A stretch of DNA of 32,000 nt. It comes from Candidatus Saccharimonadota bacterium (lineage in GTDB: Bacteria > Patescibacteriota > Saccharimonadia > Saccharimonadales > Saccharimonadaceae). Each line of letters starts with the position of its first letter. Positions within the stretch are counted from its first letter, which is position 1. Where the stretch lies: the NCBI GenBank assembly GCA_023898645.1, contig CP060232.1, positions 750,001-782,000 on the forward strand, given 5' to 3'. Below, in pieces: positions 25,420 to 32,000 of the stretch. Made by a program: the position numbers and the translations under genes. The notes beneath the pieces are model-generated. The model made no database searches. It had not been told where the DNA came from and saw nothing but the letters and a program-made list of their open reading frames with translations.

Positions 25420-26499
25420 ATGCAACCAGAAAATGACAATTCAGAATTCAAGCAAGCGCAACGCGATGCCGCCGCAAATGTGGTTCGCGATCAGTTAGAT
25501 GCACTCTATGATAACCAACCAAAAGTAATGGCCGCACCCAAACAAGACGAATCAGGCCAAACGAAAGAGCAAGCATACCAGCGTGCAAATGGTTGGCAGC
25601 AATACCATACCGAATGGCAAAACTACTATCGAAAGTACTATGAACATTATTATGTCGGCAAGCTTCACCAAGCGATCAATGAACACGAAGACGCCAAAAG
25701 AACACCTGATGAAAAACAACAGGCAGAAATCGAAGAACTACGCGCCAAGATAGTCGAAGGCGCCAAAAAGAATGTCAAAAAAGCACGAAAAAGTCGCCAC
25801 TTCATTCCGCTCGTTAGCGCAGTTGTGGTCGTATTAGTCGTCGCATTTTTACAATACAACGAAATCATCTTTGCAAACGTCCAGGCGTACATAAGCCCGG
25901 GCAACATCGACCCACAAAACATCGTCGTCGACCCGAATGCCAGCACACACGTACCACCAGCTCCGAAGCTTATCATCCCCAAAATCAACGTCGACGTGCC
26001 TGTCGTTTATAACGTGCCCAGCGATTACAACGACCTGATGTCCGCCATGAAAAAAGGCGTGGCGCATTTTTCTATACCAGGAGCAAATAGCGTACCAGGG
26101 CAGCTTGGTAACACCGTCTACTCAGGCCATAGCAGCAACGATCTGTTCGACCCCGGCGATTACAAATTCATCTTTGCCCAACTAGAGAAACTAAAAAAGG
26201 GCGACACGATTTTCGTCAATTACAATTCAACACGATACACGTATACAGTTACCAAGATGCAAGTCGTGGAACCAACCGACGTCCAGGCGCTGCTCGGCCA
26301 CAACGACAAACCATATCTGACACTCATTACGTGCACGCCGCTTGGTACAGCACTCCACCGCCTACTTGTTACAGCCGAGCAGATTTCGCCCGATCCTTCC
26401 AAGGCTAAAGCTGAAAATACATCAGGGAATTCACAGTCCAACACAGCGATGCCGGGTCAGGCACCGACAGTCTTAGAGCGACTCTTCGGCGCACGCTAA
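25420..26499 (+). CDS. sortase-family transpeptidase with a long N-terminal region and a TM anchor
   Basis: TLITCTP catalytic Cys motif, upstream YSGHSS His, downstream Arg (HRLLVTAE), and a TM helix (FIPLVSAVVVVLVVAFL). Confidence 0.85.
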   Translation: MQPENDNSEFKQAQRDAAANVVRDQLDALYDNQPKVMAAPKQDESGQTKEQAYQRANGWQQYHTEWQNYYRKYYEHYYVGKLHQAINEHEDAKRTPDEKQQAEIEELRAKIVEGAKKNVKKARKSRHFIPLVSAVVVVLVVAFLQYNEIIFANVQAYISPGNIDPQNIVVDPNASTHVPPAPKLIIPKINVDVPVVYNVPSDYNDLMSAMKKGVAHFSIPGANSVPGQLGNTVYSGHSSNDLFDPGDYKFIFAQLEKLKKGDTIFVNYNSTRYTYTVTKMQVVEPTDVQALLGHNDKPYLTLITCTPLGTALHRLLVTAEQISPDPSKAKAENTSGNSQSNTAMPGQAPTVLERLFGAR

Positions 26500-26506
26500 C
26501 GAAACC

Positions 26507-27970
26507 TTATGGCAATATAAGCCGTGCTCGTTGAAATACGTAGCCTTTGTCAGTCTTGGCTATGTCGTAGACGTATTTATCATTCACACTCAAGCTGACA
26601 GCAAGTCCCTCGGCAGCAGGCATAATATCCTGCTGATTTGCGCCGTCAAATTCATAAAAACGCAGCGTCCCGCCATAATCCGACCAAAGCATGAAATCAT
26701 CCAACCACTGAAGCGGGCGTTGTGATTTAGCCGAATACTTCCATGTTGTCTCGTCGTATTTTTGCAGCTCTAAATCATACGTCGCATAACCGTTTAGTAG
26801 TGTTGCTACGATGAATCTGTCGCTACCACGAACCTCTAAGTTCCATGTACCATCCGGCAAAGTATGCTCGCCATACTGCTTTAGAGAACCTTTGTTGTTT
26901 GGTGTCGGCAACGTACCGGTCAGTACCGTCATATCGTTTCCGTGCACGATTCCCACATAGGATTGGCCAAAATATTGAGACAAAGCGGCAAAAAGCGGCT
27001 TTTTATCAGCAGGGTAGGTGGCGATTGTTTGCGGCTGAGGTATGTCAATTGCCGCGTAGCCAACCGACATCTGAGACTTAGCGTCTACTTTGGTTGAGTA
27101 GGCGATCGTTTTGTCGTCATACGTCGTAAAGTCTCTAACATTCGTCACGAGCGGACGTGACAATGTTTGCTCGTCGAGATTAATTCGCTGTACTATATCG
27201 CCATTTTGCACGAACAACAGTGAGTGGTTGCCGCCAGCAAACTCAATCCTTGATGGTGATATTGCGTAAGTAGTATTAAGATCGATAGATTGATCAGGCG
27301 AGTTGCGATTTAACAAAAGCCATTCCATTTTGTTGTTGTCGTACGTATGGCGAATGAGTACTACTTGATTATCACCGCTCCAGCTATCCAGGGCGAATGA
27401 TTGCTTTTTGCCAGCCGATGGGGCCGTATAACTTCCTACCGGTAGCGTTAACGTACTGTATTTCGGAGTGTCGTTTTGGATATCAACCAACGTAAAAGCC
27501 GGTTGGTCGGCAGCTTGATGAAGCAACATATAGTGGCGATCCGGAGAGGCTAAGGCGCTAGTCAGCACAGCATATGTCTGCAGCGACTCTGGAGTAATGG
27601 TTTGAGGGATTAAGCGTGCATACGATAGCCAAGCAACTTGCCCAGGTTTAACCATTATTGATTTTTGCCACACTCTATAACCATTGTCACTAAACGTAAC
27701 GAAATGATTTCCACTATCTACTGTCGTCTTAGTATTCGTTAGTGATCCGAGCTTCATTTCGTCCAGCGTTACCTGGGCGCCGGTCGGTATGCTATAAAAC
27801 TGAAGCAGGCCGCCTTGTTCCAGCTTGCCATCTTTTTGATTGAACTGGTAGCCAAGGACGACCAGCATCAAAAGCGATACGATTACCGTGACAGAAAGCG
27901 TCATAAAGGTGTAAACGGCTGTACGCATCCATGTTTTGCGCTCTGAAGAAACGAGTCGTGACATATGCAA
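26507..27970 (-). CDS. PEGA-domain membrane-anchored protein
   Basis: N-terminal TM helix, then SIPTGAQVTLDEMKLGSLTNTKTTVDSGNHFVTFSDNGYRVWQKSIMVKPGQ, a PEGA-like pattern. A large beta-rich ectodomain follows. Confidence 0.8.
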   Translation of the reverse strand: MHMSRLVSSERKTWMRTAVYTFMTLSVTVIVSLLMLVVLGYQFNQKDGKLEQGGLLQFYSIPTGAQVTLDEMKLGSLTNTKTTVDSGNHFVTFSDNGYRVWQKSIMVKPGQVAWLSYARLIPQTITPESLQTYAVLTSALASPDRHYMLLHQAADQPAFTLVDIQNDTPKYSTLTLPVGSYTAPSAGKKQSFALDSWSGDNQVVLIRHTYDNNKMEWLLLNRNSPDQSIDLNTTYAISPSRIEFAGGNHSLLFVQNGDIVQRINLDEQTLSRPLVTNVRDFTTYDDKTIAYSTKVDAKSQMSVGYAAIDIPQPQTIATYPADKKPLFAALSQYFGQSYVGIVHGNDMTVLTGTLPTPNNKGSLKQYGEHTLPDGTWNLEVRGSDRFIVATLLNGYATYDLELQKYDETTWKYSAKSQRPLQWLDDFMLWSDYGGTLRFYEFDGANQQDIMPAAEGLAVSLSVNDKYVYDIAKTDKGYVFQRARLILP

Positions 27971-28075
27971 TTAGTATAGCAAAACGACACCCTTAATGCG
28001 ATTATGATAATAACTCTTGCAAAATTATTAATAGACGCCTAACATAAGTATTACATATATACATAAGGGGATACG

Positions 28076-29044
28076 ATGACGAAAGCCGCCACAGTCAGCA
28101 TCGATGGTCAGGAATACGACGCCAAGACTGGCTTGCCTGTATCTGCTGAGTCAAAAACTTCGCCTCATCACTCATCGGTCCGCTCATCTCATGTCGTTGG
28201 CGCAAAGACACCGGCGAAAAAGCTACATAGTACAACACGACGTTCTATGACGTTGCGTCGCCAGGCGCTCAAAAGGCCAGTCCCCGCCAAGCACGCCATT
28301 ACTGGTCATAAACCCGTAAAACACATGGATATCGCTCGTCCACAACAACATGCGAAAATACATCGCTTCGCACCGCACCCAGTTGGCGCGCTAAAGCCAA
28401 AACCGAAGTCTATGGACATCGGCCCTGTCGTACACCCGCATGTTGCCAAAGCGCACGCCGCATCCGCTGCCAAAGCGCAGCCACTTGCTCGCAGTCTGAC
28501 AGCTAGTGAGATCAAGAACGAAGCCATTAAAAACGCCATCGCGAACACTCACAAGCGCCCTTCGCTTAAAAGCAAGTTACGCCCACGCCAACGCGTCATG
28601 GCCGTACTAAGCGCAACGCTCGCAATCGTTCTACTCGCAGGGTACGTTACATACCTAAATATGCCGTCACTGTCCGTCCGTGTCGCTGCAGTCCAAGCGG
28701 GAATCGATGCAAATTATCCTGAGTACCGTCCAGATGGCTACAGCCTCAACGGACCGGTTACGTATTCAAGTGGCGAAGTTAGTATGAACTTCAAGGCGAA
28801 CGGTAGTTCACTTGCGTTTAAAGTCAACCAAAGCAAGAGTAGTTGGGACTCCAACGCAGTACTCGACAACTACATTACACCTCGAGCGGGCAGCAACTAC
28901 GTACCGTATACCGAACGTGGTCTGACAATCTACACCTATGGAACTAACGCCGCATGGGTCAACGGTGGCATCCTGTACACCATCGAAGGCAATGCGCCTC
29001 TCAGTAGCAGCCAGATTCGTCACATCGCTACAAGTCTGCTCTAG
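28076..29044 (+). CDS. hypothetical single-pass membrane protein (basic N-terminal region; DUF4367-like C-terminal domain)
   Basis: AAGGGG SD. TM helix (VMAVLSATLAIVLLAGYVTYL). The domain call is from memory and is weak. Confidence 0.7.
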   Translation: MTKAATVSIDGQEYDAKTGLPVSAESKTSPHHSSVRSSHVVGAKTPAKKLHSTTRRSMTLRRQALKRPVPAKHAITGHKPVKHMDIARPQQHAKIHRFAPHPVGALKPKPKSMDIGPVVHPHVAKAHAASAAKAQPLARSLTASEIKNEAIKNAIANTHKRPSLKSKLRPRQRVMAVLSATLAIVLLAGYVTYLNMPSLSVRVAAVQAGIDANYPEYRPDGYSLNGPVTYSSGEVSMNFKANGSSLAFKVNQSKSSWDSNAVLDNYITPRAGSNYVPYTERGLTIYTYGTNAAWVNGGILYTIEGNAPLSSSQIRHIATSLL

Positions 29045-29072
29045 CAGTTCGCAATCTGTTATACTACTGTAA

Positions 29073-30497
29073 ATGACAAGAACAAGGTTTGCCCCAAGTC
29101 CTACAGGCTATTTACACGTCGGCGGTATCCGTACCGCGCTCTTTGCGTGGTTAGTTGCACGTCATGCTGGCGGTCAATTTATCTTGCGACTTGAAGATAC
29201 CGACAAAAACCGCGAAGTCGAAGGTTCGGCGGAGCACCTCATCGAAAGTCTAAAAGCACTCGGTTTGAACTATGATGAAGGCCCAGACACAGGTGGTCCA
29301 CACGGACCGTATCGTCAGAGCGAACGCCTTGATATCTATAAAGAATGGGCTCAAAAACTCATAGACGCGGGCAGAGCATATGCCGACCCTTATACAGCCG
29401 AGGAAGTGCAACAATTCCGCGAACAAGCTCAAGCCGAGAAACGTCCGTTTCTGTACCGCAATCATCGACCAGAAAACCCACCAGCATGGGACGGCTCGGC
29501 GCCACTTCGGTTCAAGTCAGACCCGAAGGGCTATCAATGGGACGACCTCGTGATGGGAAAACGCGCCGCGGGACCCGAAGTAATAGACGATTTTATACTG
29601 ATTAAATCTGACGGCTACCCAACGTACAACTTCGCACATATCATCGACGATGCCCTGATGGAAATCACGCACGTTATCCGCGGCCAGGAATTCATTTCCA
29701 GCATGCCGAATTACCTGAACCTGTACGAAGCACTTGGTTTGGACCGTCCATACTTCGCCACTATGCCACATATCATGAACGAACAGGGCAATAAAAAACT
29801 TTCTAAACGAGACGGAGCCAAGGACGTACTCGATTACATCCGAGATGGCTACTTGCCAGAGACTTTGTTTAGTTTCATCGCAACACTGGGCTGGAACGAC
29901 GGTACCGAACAAGAAGTTTTCACCCGAGACGAGCTCATCACCAAATTCAGCTTAGACCGCGTGCAACACAGTGGTGCGCGATTCGACGAAAAGCGCCTGC
30001 TTTGGATGAACGGTCAATTTATCCGTCAACTATCACTTGATGATTTGTGGAACCGTGTTACTGAATTCTGGTCACCTGAGGCAAGCGGTGCGGACGAAGC
30101 ATACAAGCGTCGCGTACTCGCCCTGGCGCAGGACCGCCTGAAAACTTTGTGCGACCTGCCGACATTAACCAGCTATTTCTTTACCGAACCAACACCCGAC
30201 TGGACTATGATCGAAGGCAATAAACAACTTGCCAAGTTTGAACGACAACGACTCGTAGAACTGTTAGGGCAGGCTAAAGTAGCGCTAGAATCGTCTGACT
30301 TTTCCGCCGACGCACTACAACAAACGCTTAATAATCTACTCGAACAAACTGGCGAAAAACCTGGCACGTTGTTTAGCCTTATTCGCTTTGCCATCACCTG
30401 GGCGCCATTTAGCCCAGCGCTACCTGAAACTATGGAAGTTTTGGGAAGAGACAAGACTCTTAGCCGCTTGCAAGCTGCTATTAATAACGCAAACTAA
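29073..30497 (+). CDS. gltX: glutamate--tRNA ligase
   Basis: RFAPSPTGYLHVGG (HIGH motif) and KLSKR (KMSKS motif). TATACT 29060-29065 lies 7 nt before the ATG, giving a leaderless-type start. Confidence 0.95.
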   Translation: MTRTRFAPSPTGYLHVGGIRTALFAWLVARHAGGQFILRLEDTDKNREVEGSAEHLIESLKALGLNYDEGPDTGGPHGPYRQSERLDIYKEWAQKLIDAGRAYADPYTAEEVQQFREQAQAEKRPFLYRNHRPENPPAWDGSAPLRFKSDPKGYQWDDLVMGKRAAGPEVIDDFILIKSDGYPTYNFAHIIDDALMEITHVIRGQEFISSMPNYLNLYEALGLDRPYFATMPHIMNEQGNKKLSKRDGAKDVLDYIRDGYLPETLFSFIATLGWNDGTEQEVFTRDELITKFSLDRVQHSGARFDEKRLLWMNGQFIRQLSLDDLWNRVTEFWSPEASGADEAYKRRVLALAQDRLKTLCDLPTLTSYFFTEPTPDWTMIEGNKQLAKFERQRLVELLGQAKVALESSDFSADALQQTLNNLLEQTGEKPGTLFSLIRFAITWAPFSPALPETMEVLGRDKTLSRLQAAINNAN

Positions 30498-30503
30498 CAA
30501 TTT

Positions 30504-30540
30504 GTTCTTTCTCTGCCGATACGAGAAAGAACGACTTTTG
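30504..30540 (+). terminator. intrinsic terminator after gltX
   Basis: 10-bp stem GTTCTTTCTC / GAGAAAGAAC (30504-30513 / 30523-30532) followed by GACTTTTGG. Confidence 0.7.
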
Positions 30541-30628
30541 GTACTTTGGGGCACCAAAGTACATTAAGCTTGGTTCTTGGAATCGCAAGAACAAAAGATG
30601 GCTCTATCTGTTACAATAAGCATAAGCT

Positions 30629-31732
30629 ATGCATGCATTACATAGGTCAATTATGGATCGTATCCATAAATGGATGGGCAAGCACCACGCAGCAACCATA
30701 GCAATTGCTGTTTGTGGCCTATTGCTCGCAACCGCAATGGCGGTCTTTGCAGTGCTGTATCAATCTCCCAAGCAAGTCGCCGCTCCAAACGCCAATCCTA
30801 CACCTACACCCACGGCTACGCCCGCACCTATCTATTACTCGCCGCTGACCGGTGAAAAGGTGCCAGACCAAGCGTCGACACAACAAGTAGTTACCGGCGT
30901 TATGATCGAAAACAGCCTTAACGCGCGACCACAGTCCGGCCTCCAGCAAGCAGGCGTTGTCTTTGAAGCCATCGCCGAAGGCGGCATTACGCGCTTCTTG
31001 GCTTTGTACCAGCAAGAAAAGCCGCAGATGATCGGACCCGTTCGCAGTTTACGCCTATATGACATCGACTGGTTTGCGCCGTTTCAAGCATCCATTGCAC
31101 ACGTTGGCGGCAGCTTATATGCGCTTCGCGAGGTCAGAAACGGCAGCTACCGCGACATCGACCAATTCTTCAACAGCGCATACTACTGGCGCTCAACCGA
31201 CCGCTGGGCACCACACAACGTCTACACTAGTTTCGCCAAACTAGATCAACTCAACAGCAGGCGAGGGTACTCCACGTCCACCTTTACGGCCTGGCCACGC
31301 CAAGACGGTAAACCTGCTAGTAAAATCGACGCAAACAGTGTAGACGTTACCATCAGCGGGCCGCTCTACAACAGCCACTACGCTTACGACAAGACGACTA
31401 ATTCATACGTCCGTTACCAAAACGGAGCACCGCACCTAGACCGCGAAAAGGGCAAAATCAAGCCGGCAGTCGTCATTGTCATGGACGTACAGGAACAAAC
31501 GGTGCTGCAAGACGGATATCGCGAACAAATCACGACAAAAGGCATTGGCAAAGCGCATATATTTCAAAATGGCACCGAAACTGAAGCATATTGGCACAAA
31601 AAAGACCGTGGTAGCCAAATTCGATTCACCGATGCGTCAGGCAAGGACATTCCGCTCAATCGCGGACAAACGTGGATTTCTGCAGTACCAGCAAATGAAG
31701 GGGGAGGAGTGACATGGAAACTCACGAAGTAA
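30629..31732 (+). CDS. DUF3048 (YerB-like) secreted / membrane-anchored protein
   Basis: N-terminal TM/signal region. PLTGE..GVMIENSLNARPQSGLQQAGVVFEAIAEGGITRFLALYQ matches the DUF3048 core. The start may instead be ATG 30653. Confidence 0.8.
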   Translation: MHALHRSIMDRIHKWMGKHHAATIAIAVCGLLLATAMAVFAVLYQSPKQVAAPNANPTPTPTATPAPIYYSPLTGEKVPDQASTQQVVTGVMIENSLNARPQSGLQQAGVVFEAIAEGGITRFLALYQQEKPQMIGPVRSLRLYDIDWFAPFQASIAHVGGSLYALREVRNGSYRDIDQFFNSAYYWRSTDRWAPHNVYTSFAKLDQLNSRRGYSTSTFTAWPRQDGKPASKIDANSVDVTISGPLYNSHYAYDKTTNSYVRYQNGAPHLDREKGKIKPAVVIVMDVQEQTVLQDGYREQITTKGIGKAHIFQNGTETEAYWHKKDRGSQIRFTDASGKDIPLNRGQTWISAVPANEGGGVTWKLTK

Positions 31733-32000
31733 AACCCGACCCTATAAATAAACCTCTTATGCGTGACTATTGGCCAAAGTATCGCAACCGAGCATATATT
31801 ATCATCACAGCCGCTCAATCGAGCGCCATATTGGTGATTATGCTGACCTTACAGCTGACAGGTGCCATGCATCTTAATTTTTATTGGTTCTTTGCAGCTG
31901 CGCTCCTGTCGTCAATTCTCATGAACTCAGCAACACTATTATTGGCTATCGTGCTCGGGGCACCGTTCCGCGACCTCGTCTATGCAATTGTGCTTGCGGC
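31714..32000 (+). CDS. hypothetical polytopic membrane protein, 5' part (runs off window end)
   Basis: GGGGAGGAG SD at 31701-31709. ATG 31714 overlaps the end of the upstream gene. The frame stays open to 32000 and shows two hydrophobic helices. Not in the ORF track. Confidence 0.6.
   Translation, partial: METHEVKPDPINKPLMRDYWPKYRNRAYIIITAAQSSAILVIMLTLQLTGAMHLNFYWFFAAALLSSILMNSATLLLAIVLGAPFRDLVYAIVLA

Overview
The gene content suggests a reduced-genome, Gram-positive-type bacterium: a PEGA-domain protein, a sortase, DUF3048, GT4 glycosyltransferases, many tiny membrane ORFs and frequent leaderless starts. I infer Patescibacteria/CPR, probably Saccharibacteria, but this is not proven. Bases 1-7114 hold a minus-strand F1Fo ATP synthase operon (atpZ-B-E-F-H-A-G-D). 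It contains two extra in-operon ORFs, and atpC is cut off behind a terminator and an opposite-strand mini-gene. The most unusual region is 7290-9720. Two tandem expression cassettes there share a 139-nt leader at 100% identity. They also share a 3' module made of a long G-U-rich stem-loop, an intrinsic terminator and a TTGACA box. The cargo genes are unrelated and look GC-richer by eye: a small secreted Pro-tailed protein and an acyl-CoA dehydrogenase that sits behind a 30-codon uORF. I could not match the leader to any riboswitch class I know, so I flag it as a candidate new cis-regulatory RNA or cassette system. Next come a HExxH protein, a glutaredoxin-like protein, a clear PafA/Dop (Pup-ligase family) homologue with no Pup or proteasome gene in view, and PurF. 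The rest is mostly housekeeping or envelope genes: alpha/beta hydrolases, two GT4 genes, pyrH, smpB, xth, a gmk-like gene, a YjeF_C-like gene, tRNA-Leu(CAA), sortase, a PEGA protein, gltX and DUF3048. No CRISPR array, rRNA, transposase or integrase was seen.
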